From assembly GCA_963765205.1 (NCBI GenBank), contig CAVXVB010000009.1, positions 736,001 to 800,000 on the forward strand: a stretch of DNA of 64,000 nucleotides. Direction: 5' to 3'. Position numbers and translations under genes: made by a program. The notes below the pieces were generated by a model. That model saw nothing but the letters and a program-made list of their open reading frames with translations, had not been told where the DNA came from and ran no database searches. Numbering within the stretch: the first letter of the stretch is position 1; the number at the start of each line of letters is the position of its first letter. The stretch is from an uncultured Verrucomicrobiae bacterium (GTDB lineage Bacteria > Verrucomicrobiota > Verrucomicrobiia > Opitutales > JABDGR01). Shown here piece after piece: positions 20,054 through 30,673 of this stretch.

Positions 20054-21099
20054 GATTGGGCCAAGCGGGCTGCGCCCGCCAGTTCCGCCGGCGACAGCCA
20101 GGGTTGCGGCAGCAACCGGGCTTCGCGCCGCGCCTTTTCCAGCCAGCGCAAACTCGGCAACACATCCTCCGCCGGCGCCAGCAATTTTTCCCGCCCGTCC
20201 ATCGCCGCGAATACATTGTCAAATTGCCGGACGAAGGCCGCGGTCCAGCCGTGGGCGGCGGCCGGCTGCGTCGCCGCCCGCGGCTGGGCGTGCAGCCACC
20301 ACTTCGCGCCGGGCAGGCGCAAGACCAGCGGGCCGTCGGCGGAACCGTCCCACCGGCACTCGCCGCGCGCGGCTTGGATGCGCCAGCCGGTTTTGAGCGC
20401 GGTGTCCCAGCTCAGCCGCACGCGCGCCTCCAGGCCGCCGCGCCACCGCGCCGTCAGCACACAATTCGTGTTCGTCCCGCCGAGCGCGTCCGACCACGAC
20501 TCGTTCTCGGCCGGCTCGCCGAAAAAAAGGCACAGCAAATCGAGCACATGGCTGCCCAAGTCGAACAGCACCCCGCCATTTTCGGCGTCGAAAAATTTCG
20601 GGGACGCCGCGTTCCACGCAAAGCGCCCGCCCTCGGCAATCTCGATTTTCACCGGCGCGCCGAGCAATCCACCCGCGAGATTTTCCCGCAGCGCCTGCGC
20701 CGCCGGATAAAACCGGCGCATCATCCCCGCCGCCAGCAGCCGGTTGGCCTGGCGCGCGGCAGCGATCATCGTTTGCGCCTCCGCAACGGAAGTGGCCAGC
20801 GGCTTTTCACACAATACATGCCGGCCCGCCGCCAACAGCGCGCACGCTTGCGCGGCATGGACGCCCGGCGGGGACGCGACGACCGCCAGCGCTCCGGGCG
20901 CCGGCGGCGAATCCTCCACCCGTGCCACGAGTCGCGCTCCGGGAAAGCTTTTCGCCAAATGCGCCGCGCGCGCCGCGTTCGGGTCCACCAGCGCCGCAAC
21001 CCGCGCGCGGCCCGTGCGCTCCAAGTGCGTCAGCACCGGCGCGTAAACCAATTCGGCCAGCGCGCCGCAGCCAAGCAACTCAATCGAAGGGGGAGTCAT
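20050..21099 (-). CDS. Gfo/Idh/MocA oxidoreductase
   Basis: LGCG, HVLCEKP and GGVLFDLGSH motifs. Confidence 0.92.
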   Translation of the reverse strand: MTPPSIELLGCGALAELVYAPVLTHLERTGRARVAALVDPNAARAAHLAKSFPGARLVARVEDSPPAPGALAVVASPPGVHAAQACALLAAGRHVLCEKPLATSVAEAQTMIAAARQANRLLAAGMMRRFYPAAQALRENLAGGLLGAPVKIEIAEGGRFAWNAASPKFFDAENGGVLFDLGSHVLDLLCLFFGEPAENESWSDALGGTNTNCVLTARWRGGLEARVRLSWDTALKTGWRIQAARGECRWDGSADGPLVLRLPGAKWWLHAQPRAATQPAAAHGWTAAFVRQFDNVFAAMDGREKLLAPAEDVLPSLRWLEKARREARLLPQPWLSPAELAGAARLAQS

Positions 21100-22100
21100 G
21101 GCTGCAAGTTCACCGTCGCGGATTTTTTCACGCCTCCGCGCGGGCGCATGAGCAGCTCATCCACCGCCGCCAGCACCGCGCCCGGCGTGATGGAGGCCAT
21201 GCACGCCAGCTCGTGCGAACATTCCGACCCCGGATGCCCCGTGAGCCAGCAACTGCTGCACGGCAGTTCGGCATAGAGGTTAATATTTTCGGAATAGCCC
21301 AAATTCGCCGGGGTGCGCGAACCGCCGAGGATGATCACCGCCGGCACGTTAAGCCCGTTGGCCCCATGCATGAGGAAGGTGTCCGGGCCGATGAATAAAT
21401 CACATTCGGCAAGCAGCGCCAGCGATTCGCGCTTCGACGTTTGGCCGGCAAAGCTGCGCGTTCCCGGCAGCGCCGGTTCGCGGGCATCACCCAAATGCAC
21501 GAGCGAGCCGCGTCGCGCCAGTTCCGGCGCCAGTGCCCGCCATTGCGCGAGCGGCCAATTTTTCACCGGCTGCGCGCTCAAGGTATTGACTGCAATCAAT
21601 GGTCGCACCAGCCCCGCCAATTTTTCGCGGGCGATGGCGCGTTCGGCCTCCGTCAGGTAAACGCGCCCGCGGTATTCGCCGGTGGCGAGGCCAAGGGCGG
21701 CAAAAGTCGGCGCAAGTATGTTCGTGTGCGGGTCGCGGCGCGATTGCAGGTCGTGATACCAAAAATCCACGCTGAACAGTCCCGGCGCGGCGTTGATTTG
21801 GGCAAAATTCGGATCATGCTGCACCAGGTCGGGATTCCGCGTGATGAAATTCAAGCGCAGGCCCGGCCAGCGTTCCTTGAGCTGACGGGCGACGATGGCC
21901 GCCAGCAGCGTGTCCCCCGGCGTGCCGTAGAGGTCACGCACGGTTAAGCGCGCGCCGAGGCGGTTCAGCCAGTCCAGGTGCCGCCGCCCCCAGCGCTCGA
22001 TCCGCATGCGCAAGCTGTAGGCCGCCAGCGCCAACCGACTTTGGTCGCGCGGGCCGGGCCGCAGCCAGATGGGCCGCGCGGTGGGCAAGTTGGGTTTCAC
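21096..22100 (-). CDS. GT9 (heptosyltransferase-like) glycosyltransferase
   Basis: PGDTL, KNWP, IGPDTFLMH and a C-terminal CxxC..C..C motif. Confidence 0.85.
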   Translation of the reverse strand: MKPNLPTARPIWLRPGPRDQSRLALAAYSLRMRIERWGRRHLDWLNRLGARLTVRDLYGTPGDTLLAAIVARQLKERWPGLRLNFITRNPDLVQHDPNFAQINAAPGLFSVDFWYHDLQSRRDPHTNILAPTFAALGLATGEYRGRVYLTEAERAIAREKLAGLVRPLIAVNTLSAQPVKNWPLAQWRALAPELARRGSLVHLGDAREPALPGTRSFAGQTSKRESLALLAECDLFIGPDTFLMHGANGLNVPAVIILGGSRTPANLGYSENINLYAELPCSSCWLTGHPGSECSHELACMASITPGAVLAAVDELLMRPRGGVKKSATVNLQP

Positions 22101-22148
22101 GGAAATGGAGAGTTTTTTAGTTCCTGGTTTCTCGTTCTTAGTTTTTGG

Positions 22149-23315
22149 TCATAGGCCCAAGATTTTATCCGCGGCGATGGCGGCGGCCACGGCTTGGACG
22201 TTGACGGTCCAGTTGCCCGTTGTTTCAAACCGGCGCCGCCCCGCGCGGGCCAACAGCTCGTAACACGGAAGGTCCGTTAGCACCGCCGCAAGCCAGACCG
22301 GGGCCTCGTCCGCGAATTTTGCCAGCGGCCAAAGCATCCCCGTTTCGCCGGTGGTTACGGTCGAAGGCAGACCGCCGAGATCGGTGGCGAGCACGGGCAC
22401 GCCATAGGCGGCGGCTTCGTGACACACGATGGGCGTGCAATCGGCCGTGGTCGGCAACAACAAAAACGCCGACTTCGCCAGCAGGTTTTGCAAACGTTGC
22501 GCCTCAGCGGGCTGGCTTTTGTCGAGCGGGCCAATCCACTCCACCCACGGCGCGTCCGTCAGGGACGCGGGCTTCGTTTTGATACCCACCACCGAAAGCT
22601 TCGCCGGGCAACCGAGTGCGCGCAGCCGCCGCACCGTCTCGACGGCGGCGTCGCCGCCTTTGCGCTCCCAGTCGTTGGCGAGAAAGAGCAAAGTTGGCTC
22701 GGAGAGATTGCGCTCCCCGATAAATTTTTCGACCTCGGCGGCGGCGGGCGGTTCGGCCAGGTTTGCGCCATAAGATTGCACCGCAACCCGCGCCGCGGAG
22801 CGTGGAAAATCCAGCCGCGCCTCCGCCGCGGCCCATTCGCTGCTCAACCAGATTTTCCGGCTCCGGCGCAGCACCCGGTCCTCAATCCGCCAGAGCGCGC
22901 GGGCGTCGCGGTCGCCGTAGTAAATGCGAAAATAGGGATAGAGGCGCCGCTGGGAGGGAAACATTGCGTCATTCCAGACATAAATGGGGGGCGCGGAGGG
23001 CAGGGCGAGAGCGGCCTCGGGAAACCCGACGCACAGCACGGCGTCCGGCGCGAAGGCCCGGATTTGCGCCGCCACGCGCCGGGAGCGCGTGCGCAAAATC
23101 CAAGGGTCGGCCTCGAAGTGGTGGGGCTGGGCGGAAAATTTCAAAGTAAGCAGGTGTTGCCAATGCGCCCAGCGCAAGGCCCACTCCGCCGGCGCGGCAT
23201 GGAAAGGTTCGACTTCGTGGCCTTGGCGGCGAAATTCCCGCAGAACATGGGAAGAGGTTCCGGAATAATTGCGGGGATCATCCGGGGGCCCGTGGCTGAT
23301 GAGGGCGAGTTTCAT
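22149..23315 (-). CDS. GT4 glycosyltransferase
   Basis: DWERKGG and PTTADCTPIVCHEAAAYGVPV motifs; start MKLALISH. Confidence 0.9.
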   Translation of the reverse strand: MKLALISHGPPDDPRNYSGTSSHVLREFRRQGHEVEPFHAAPAEWALRWAHWQHLLTLKFSAQPHHFEADPWILRTRSRRVAAQIRAFAPDAVLCVGFPEAALALPSAPPIYVWNDAMFPSQRRLYPYFRIYYGDRDARALWRIEDRVLRRSRKIWLSSEWAAAEARLDFPRSAARVAVQSYGANLAEPPAAAEVEKFIGERNLSEPTLLFLANDWERKGGDAAVETVRRLRALGCPAKLSVVGIKTKPASLTDAPWVEWIGPLDKSQPAEAQRLQNLLAKSAFLLLPTTADCTPIVCHEAAAYGVPVLATDLGGLPSTVTTGETGMLWPLAKFADEAPVWLAAVLTDLPCYELLARAGRRRFETTGNWTVNVQAVAAAIAADKILGL

Positions 23316-24515
23316 GGCGAGGCGCTGACCAGTCCGGCCAGCATTTGGCGCGCAATGGCATCCCCGTTCCATTGGGCGATGCGCCCGCGCAGCGCGCCGG
23401 AAAATAGTGGAAAAGGCGCACGGCCGGAAAGGAATTCGGCGAGCGCGGCCGCCAATGGGCCAGCCTCGCCCGGAGGGACCCAGCGCACCTGATCGGCAGC
23501 GCCGTAAAGGTTAACTTGCTCTTCCATCGGCGCCAGGCGCGAAGCAATAACGGGCCGGTCGCGCCGTAACGCCTCACTCAGCGGCAAGCCGAAATCCCTC
23601 GAAGGTGGTCGGCAATACGACCACGTTGGCGGCTTGATACAGTTGCTCCACCGCCGGCCACGGCAATTGACCCAACAAGGTGACGCGCCCAAGCACCGCC
23701 TCACGAAATTGAAAACAGTTCAACCGCACATCATTGGTGCCTTTTTCCCCGGTCGGATGCTCATCGAAAATCAAGTCAGTTCCACTGCCACTAAAATAGC
23801 AGTGGAAAGGCAAGCCCGCCGCCGCTAATTTGACCAGCGCCGCCAGCAAAACATGGTGGCCCTTATACCATTTGGCGGCGGAGGGGTAATAGAGCACCGG
23901 CTCCCGGCGCGCCCAGGGGTTGGCCGCCTCATGCGGGGGCGCTTGCACCGGCGGGGAACCCAGTAAGACAACCTCAAGTCGCGGGCCGGCGCTGGCGTCC
24001 AGCTCCAGCAACTGCGCGCGCGTTTGCGTGGAATTAGTGGAGAGACGCACGGCGTTTTTCATCCAGTCGCAAAAAACACCGTCAATGGGCGAGACACCAC
24101 GGTCGGCGTAATCCAAGTCATGCACGAGGCCAGCAGTGGGCCGGTCGAGGTGGGGAAAGGGCTGGCGATGCACGCAGATTTCCAAAACGTGGGTGAGGTT
24201 ATGCCGCCGACAGATTTGCCGAAGGTGGGAATGAGAGAGCCAGCCCAACGCGGAATCGCGCCACGGAGTCAGCCGTTTGGGCAGCCGACGCAATACCGCC
24301 CGCGCCAGGCCGCGGGCCGAGCGCGACGGCGGATGCAAGTCCATGACGTCGACGTGCTCGAATTGGGTATTATCCAACCGTTTCCAGGTGTGCTCAACCG
24401 CGCAAGCCCACACCAGTTTTTCCACTTGGAGCGCGAGTGCCGGCAGAAGGGTGCACCGGACAGTGTCCACACCGCCCATCATAAACGGGGATTCATCGAG
24501 AACCAAGAGGCGCAT
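23312..24515 (-). pseudogene. GT4 glycosyltransferase, one frameshift (~23593)
   Basis: FEGF|GLPLSEA is split between two frames by an extra T; may be a sequencing error. Confidence 0.8.
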
Positions 24516-24571
24516 GGCGGGAGTTTGATTTTAAGGATCACTGAACCGAACGCGAACATCGAAGGGCAACC

Positions 24572-25706
24572 CTAGCGGGCGCCGGCATCTTTTTCGACGA
24601 GTTGGGCAAAGACGGCGACCGGATCGGGGGGGATGATCTGCAACACCCGGGCGCGGGCCGCGCCGCCCAGCTGCGGCCATTCCGCGCGGCGGAGCCCAGG
24701 CCCGACTCGAGGGCCTCCGCCAGCGGGCCGACGGCGGCCGCGGAGGCAACGAACCCGGTCTCGCCGTCCACGCATAATTCTGCGTTGCCGCCCACGTCCG
24801 TCACCACGGCCAGGCCAGCCGCAGGACATGGCCTCGATCAACGACAGGGGCATGCCTTCGTAACGGGAGGGCAGCACGAGCAGATGGTTGGCCCGCCAAA
24901 TGTCCGCGACATTCGGCAGGTGGCCGCAAAAATTAACGCCGGCCAGGGCGAGGCTGCCGGCCAGGGCGCGCAACGTTTTTTCATAATTTCCCGCGCCATA
25001 GAGGTTCAACTCGACCGGGCGGGCGCGCCAGGCCGGATGCGCCAATACCTGGAGCAAAACATCCTGGCCTTTGGCGATGGGTTCGAGCCGCGCGACGCAG
25101 GCCAGGCGCGTGAGGCCCGATTCCGCCGGCCACGGCAGCAAATTCAGTTCCGCCGCCTGGTTCGGGTTCCAGACCACCCGGGCGTTGGGCAATTTTACCC
25201 CCAATTGCCACTCGAGGAGCCGCAGATTATGCCGGGAAACGCAATACACCGCGCGGGCCGCGCGGAAAACGGCCGCCATTCGGTCCACCATCGGGTACCG
25301 CCGGCCAGGCCGTTTCGGCGTTGCATTGGACGATGGCCGCGTAGGCCAGACCATGCCCGCGGCAAAACATCATCCAGGAAGAGCCATCAGTGTTGCTGCC
25401 CTGGGAGATGACGACGAGATCCGGCTTTTGCCGCAAGAGCCAATCGTTATCGGCATCCGGGGGCCGCCAGCCGGTCAACCTGGCCAGCATGGCCTTGGCC
25501 AGCGACCCGCGCCAGGGATCGCGCAAGCGCAACGGCACGCCGTGGTGGGGCAAGGCGGCCATCTTCTCCGCCAAAGGAGGCCGCTGCTCGACCAGGGCCG
25601 CCACGGTGTGGCCGGCCTGGGCGAGGCGGACGGCGGCCTGGCTCCACAATTCCTCGCTGCCGCCCCAAGAGGCGCCGACCATCGTGGAAATGAAAACAAG
25701 GCGCAT
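24572..25706 (-). pseudogene. GT4 glycosyltransferase, about 3 frameshifts
   Basis: N-terminal WGGSEELW, middle PSRYEGMPLSLIEAM and C-terminal VTDVGGNAEL segments lie in different frames. Confidence 0.8.
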
Positions 25707-25872
25707 CGGGAAATTTTAAGAGAGGGCCAAAGAAGTGGCCTGATTTGGTTTGATTTACCTTGATTGGGTTTGACCCGAGGCGGCGCTGCCCGTTGCAGCG
25801 GCGAGCGCTGACTGGCGCGGCGGGCATTCAGGCGCGCCCTGCTCGCTGCGAATAATCGTTCCTCTGACTGAC

Positions 25873-26178
25873 CTAGTTATTTTGCCGGCGATGCCGTTCG
25901 ACAAGCAAGACGGCCCGGACGGCGTCGAGGGCATTTTTTATGGGCGGACGCTGGAGGACGACGGTGGCGTGGGAGCCGGTGGCAACGTCCCTGGCCCAGG
26001 TATAGGCATAGTGGGCGTCGGGGTGGCCCATAACACGAAACACCGCCACGTCGCCTTCCCAGGGCTGATCGAAGGCCAGAGTTTCCGCGATGGGCACGGA
26101 TTCGACGAAGTCAGCTTCCAGGCCAAAGGTGGCTGTGATGGCCTGGAGCAGACCCGCAATATATTCAGGACGGCGCAT
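25873..26178 (-). CDS. Small conserved hypothetical protein
   Basis: 101 aa with VESVPI.E...WEG.V.VF...GHP.A..AY.W...P....DAVRA pattern; unrelated to glycan synthesis. Confidence 0.7.
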   Translation of the reverse strand: MRRPEYIAGLLQAITATFGLEADFVESVPIAETLAFDQPWEGDVAVFRVMGHPDAHYAYTWARDVATGSHATVVLQRPPIKNALDAVRAVLLVERHRRQNN

Positions 26179-26268
26179 GGTGCTAGGTTAAGGAAGGGCA
26201 ATGGCCCCGGCGAGGGCAACCCGGGGCAGCCGGAACCGCAATTTAAGGGTGGACAGGCTATGTGTCAT

Positions 26269-27247
26269 TTAATGACGTTTTTGGAGACTCGCAAGGATGC
26301 GGCGTTTTTGGTGGCGAAGCAAGCACAAACCGCGCCAGGCGGACGGGGGATCGTAGGACAGCGCGCGGGCGCACTCGCGCAGATACCGGCCCAGGCCGCC
26401 CTGGTCGAGGAGGGGTTGCAGGATGGGAAGCAATTTCCCCCAAAAGCAAACTTCGCGCCAATGGGCGCGGCCGCGCGTTAGCGATACTTTACAATGCGCG
26501 CAATTTTGGTGCCGCCGGGCGTTCCGCGTGATGACCCGCAGCCCCGTCTCGAGCATGACCCAGGGATTACTGGACATCGAGACGGGGTGCTTGCGGTAGC
26601 ACACGCCGATATAATCAACGGCCGGGACAAACTTTGCGCCGGTGGCGGCCAGGCGCAGCCACAGGTCCCCAGTCTTCGCAGGAGCGCAGGGCCGGATCGA
26701 AACCGCCCACCGGCGCGAGCGCGGCTGCGCGCACAAGCAGGGCATGAGGCGACCAGGGATTCTCCTCCAGCAACTGGTGAAACCAGTCGTCCGACTCGGG
26801 GAGCGGGGGCCGGTCGCCGAGGGGCTGGTTCTGGGCATCCACCAACCGCATGCCGCAGTAGGCCGCCGCGGCGTCGGGGCGGGCGGCGAGCACCGCCACC
26901 AATTGGTCATAAAAACTGGGCAGGACATAATCATCCGAGTCGAGAAAGTGAAGCAAGGCGCCCTGGGCCAGGCGCAGGCCGGCGTTGCGGGCCGCCGAAA
27001 GGCCCTGGTTGGCTTGGTTAATTAATTGGATCCGGTCGCCATAACGGGCCGCCACAGCCGCCGTGTCATCCGTGGAGCCATCGTTGATGACGAGGATTTC
27101 GAGCGGATGATAGTTCTGGACCAAAACACTCTCAATCGCCTGGGGCAAATAGTGGGCCTGATTGAAGCAGGGGATAATGACGCTGACAGAATTTTCACCC
27201 GCGCGGCCCGCCCAGTCTCCAGAGGCATGGTTAGACGGTACGGTCAT
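26269..27247 (-). pseudogene. GT2 glycosyltransferase, frameshift (~26668)
   Basis: SVIIPCFN, INDGSTD and FLDSDD motifs; EDW|DLWLRLA is split at a G4 run. Confidence 0.8.
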
Positions 27248-27468
27248 GGACGGGCAGGGGTTGAAGCCATTTCCCCACCGACCCCAGCGAGGAGCCGCAA
27301 AGGGGTGCAAAAAGCCCCCGCCGGGTCGAGCGGGACATCTTCCTTCATTGCCGCCACGTCGTGCCCGGCGGCCCGCAAGCGCCGGGCCGCCTGGCTCCAA
27401 AGCTCCGCACTGCCGCCCCATGGGTAGCCATGCATGGTGGAGATAAAGACAAAGCGCAGGCGAGACAT
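27244..27468 (-). pseudogene. Internally deleted GT4 remnant
   Basis: N-terminus FISTMHGYPWGGSAELWSQAA is paralogous to the 25706 gene and is joined directly to a C-terminal-like VPLDPAGAF. Confidence 0.7.
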
Positions 27469-27469
27469 A

Positions 27470-28387
27470 TCAAGGGGCGGACGGCAAGGTCGTCAGGTTT
27501 TGGCGGGAGGCATAATAATTTTCATAAAATTCGCGGGAGTCGCCAAAGGGGCCATAGAATCGTGATTGGGTAGAATCAAACCGGTAGGCGGAATAACCGT
27601 GGCTGGCGAGGAGGGCAAAGATAGCGCGGGCGCTGGCCCCGGCGCCCTGGAGGGGGATCTGCGAGATTTCAAAGGACAGCGCGTCAATCAAGCCCGCCGA
27701 CAAGGAGCGCGCGGCGCCCTCGAGCACTTGTTTTTCATACCCTTCGACATCAATTTTCAGGAAATTTATGCGGGCGAGGTGGTTGGCGGCAACGTATTCG
27801 TCAAGGGTGCGGGTCGGCACGGGCACGGTTCCCACGGGCTTAACCTGATCATATTGGGGGCGGCCAAAAGAACTCCAGGCATTATATTGGTCGGCAAAGA
27901 CATTCATGGGGAGAACAGACTGGGTGTTTCCGAGCGCCTCCATCCGGGTTTGGACATGTTCAATCCGATTGAGGGCCAGCGTCTCCCGGAGCATTGCGTA
28001 GGTGTTCGGCACCGGCTCAAAGGCGTGGACCTGGCCGTGGTCACCAACGAGACGGGCCATAAAGATGCTATGGAGGCCAATGTTGGCGCCGACATCGAAC
28101 ACGGTATCGCCGGGGTGAATGAGCAGCTTTTGGGCGGCAAACTCGGGTTTATAAAACGCCCGGGAAGTCTGGTCCGCGACCGGCGTCGCGTCCCAGGGGT
28201 AGCAAATGAAGCGAATACCAAAAGCGTCCGTCAAAATAGTGGGATGGCGAAAAGGAGATTTAGCCGGAGGCCAGAGACGGATGCGCAGACGGGCCAGGGA
28301 ACTGGGAAAATGATAAACCGATCGGAGCGTGCGATAAACGGAGAGGGGCACATGGCGCTGAAGGGACAGTTTAATTTGCTGTTTCAT
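27470..28387 (-). CDS. FkbM-family methyltransferase
   Basis: FDVGANIG, AFEP and LKIDVEGYE motifs. Confidence 0.93.
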   Translation of the reverse strand: MKQQIKLSLQRHVPLSVYRTLRSVYHFPSSLARLRIRLWPPAKSPFRHPTILTDAFGIRFICYPWDATPVADQTSRAFYKPEFAAQKLLIHPGDTVFDVGANIGLHSIFMARLVGDHGQVHAFEPVPNTYAMLRETLALNRIEHVQTRMEALGNTQSVLPMNVFADQYNAWSSFGRPQYDQVKPVGTVPVPTRTLDEYVAANHLARINFLKIDVEGYEKQVLEGAARSLSAGLIDALSFEISQIPLQGAGASARAIFALLASHGYSAYRFDSTQSRFYGPFGDSREFYENYYASRQNLTTLPSAP

Positions 28388-28477
28388 TATTAAAACTCAA
28401 GCCGGGTAACTCGAATAGACGGGGAAACGCCGCGATGGCGAATTGGTTAAGCCCCCGTGGCCATGGCCGCACGAGAG

Positions 28478-29626
28478 CTAATTCCGAGATTCGGAAAAAT
28501 TCACAAGTTTTAAGCCCAGGGAAATAAATGGAGATTCAACAAAGCGATAAGTCAACCAGGCAACAGGAATCGTAAAGGCCACGGTTGTAATAAAGAGGAA
28601 TAAAAATTGCATCGTGTCGTGCTTGGCTAATTCCGGGAAAAGAATTTTGGATAGATTCATTGTCACCAGCAGAACCGTAAAATGCAGCAGGTAGCCACTA
28701 TAGCTAATCTTACCCAAAAGCCGAGTAAATGAGTTGACAAAAAGTTTTGCCGGATGGCATTGCAACCCCAAAAACAAAAAGGAAAACCCAATTGAAAAAT
28801 AAACTTCCTGCGGTATCGGGATGTCACCGTGGTCGCCCATGTCAATTGCTGCTTGTAGCAGTATAATGGCGGTGGCCAACAGCAACAACCCGGTTTGCCT
28901 GGTGAAAAATTGACGCGGTAACGAATTCGAAATAAAATAGGTCAGCATACCGCAGGCGAAAACGGGCAATTGTCGCGGGAACCAACGGTAGGCATAATTA
29001 TTAAAGACTGAAACCGAGACTTCATTCCAGACTAGGTGTGAAATGTAAATATGGTTAAGGAAAAGCACAGCCACCAAATAAATCAATAATGTCGCAAGCA
29101 AAAACGTGAGCGCCTTTTGCCAGTTGGTAATGAAGTAAAACAGAAGCGGGGCGAAAAAATAAAAAGTCATCTCCACGGCAATCGTCCATCCGCCGGGAAC
29201 GACGCTGTTCATGGAGTTGGGATGGAAGCCATGCAAGCAAAGGGCGGTCAAAATGTAATCGGCAGTAGTCACCACGATAGGCGGCGTGGTCGCCTCCCGC
29301 ATCGGCACAAATGAATAAAGCACAATTCCCACCCAAAACATAGGTAAAATCCTAAATAAACGCCGAATGAAGAAGTTTCGGGTAGGATGCTGTTCGCGGA
29401 TTTTGGCCTTCCCCAAAGTCAAAAAGATGGTGAATGCGCTCACCATGAAAAACAATTGAACGCCGTTTTGAGCGGACAATGCATATTTTCCGCCTCGAAT
29501 ATATTCCCCTGAGGAAAACGCGCAATGAAAGCATATAACTCCTAAGATAGCGAAGCCTCTTAAGGCATCAAGGTATGCAAGATGCGGTGTCGGAGTGACA
29601 ATTGGTGTAATCTGCAAAACCTTCAT
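28478..29626 (-). CDS. Acyltransferase_3
   Basis: LDALRGFA, GVQLFFMVSAF and WTIAVEMTFY motifs; lower GC. Confidence 0.9.
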   Translation of the reverse strand: MKVLQITPIVTPTPHLAYLDALRGFAILGVICFHCAFSSGEYIRGGKYALSAQNGVQLFFMVSAFTIFLTLGKAKIREQHPTRNFFIRRLFRILPMFWVGIVLYSFVPMREATTPPIVVTTADYILTALCLHGFHPNSMNSVVPGGWTIAVEMTFYFFAPLLFYFITNWQKALTFLLATLLIYLVAVLFLNHIYISHLVWNEVSVSVFNNYAYRWFPRQLPVFACGMLTYFISNSLPRQFFTRQTGLLLLATAIILLQAAIDMGDHGDIPIPQEVYFSIGFSFLFLGLQCHPAKLFVNSFTRLLGKISYSGYLLHFTVLLVTMNLSKILFPELAKHDTMQFLFLFITTVAFTIPVAWLTYRFVESPFISLGLKLVNFSESRN

Positions 29627-29665
29627 GGATAAACACGTTAGCGGCTGGACATCCTGGCCAATCGC

Positions 29666-30610
29666 TTAAGTTTGCATATTTTCGAGATCGTGCAGCCATA
29701 GTTTGAGCAGCGGCAATTCATCCACGGGGAAGAAACCGGCCTGCACCAGGCCTTCGTAACAAGCGGCTAAATTCTCCGGCAAGGCTCCCGGCCCGGGTCG
29801 AAGTTTCAAATTAGTCAGAGAAACGGCGATGGCTTCGTTATTCAGGTAACCGGGAATTTCGTCCCGGAAATCATGCAGGAAATTATGGATATTGCGTTGT
29901 TGGACCACCTCGGCCGCATGGAAAACAACTCCCTGGCCCAGTTCCCAGAGGCAACGTTGGGCGATGAAGGAACGCCAGATGTCAGTCATGCGAAAGGCAC
30001 CAGGCCCCGGGTGCGAGCCACAAACTGGGACCCGGCCGGAAATTAAACTCGCGATCCTGGGTCAGCCGCCAAACCGCATCCACATCGGGAGCCAGATCGG
30101 CCAACCCTTGTTGAATGGGCGAGGCAATGGATGCGGCGGGCGGCCACGCACTAGGCTGGAAAACGGCGGGGTCGTTGAGCAGCCGCAAGGGAAAGCCCCG
30201 CGGCCAGATTAATTCGTCGGTAAAACACCGGTAAGTGTTGACCCAGCCCTGATGCACCCACGGCGAGCCGGCGTCGCCAAAGAACGCGGCCGCCAGTTCT
30301 CCGCCGGCATATTGTCGTCATCCGTTTCGTAAATGCAGGCCGCGCGCCGGCGCATGGCCTCCAGGTAGCCGAGATTCTTGCGCGAGTAATGACCCAAGGG
30401 CAGTTTAGAAGCGAGGCGGTAAGGCAAGGCGGCCTGTTCCTCGAGGGTAAAAAGATCGGCGGCGGATAAATTGAAGCGGGCCGGCCCTTTCCGATCACCG
30501 ATGACGATGACGCGGCTGCCTGTTTGTTCGAGAATTTCGCCGAGCCGACGCATGCAGGTGGTCGGCTCTTGAATCGTGGTCACCACGCAAATCAGGTCTG
30601 GCCCGTTCAT
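29666..30610 (-). pseudogene. STELLO/DUF288-like glycosyltransferase, frameshifted and internally deleted
   Basis: VVTTI, YSRKNLGYL, ETDDDN, WPRGFPL, PDVDA and FRMTDIWRSF motifs lie across three frames. Confidence 0.8.
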
Positions 30611-30673
30611 AAGAGTGTTAAAGCTTAAGAAAAAAACTTGCTGCGATTGTTGGCATCCCAACCCAACCGTTGT

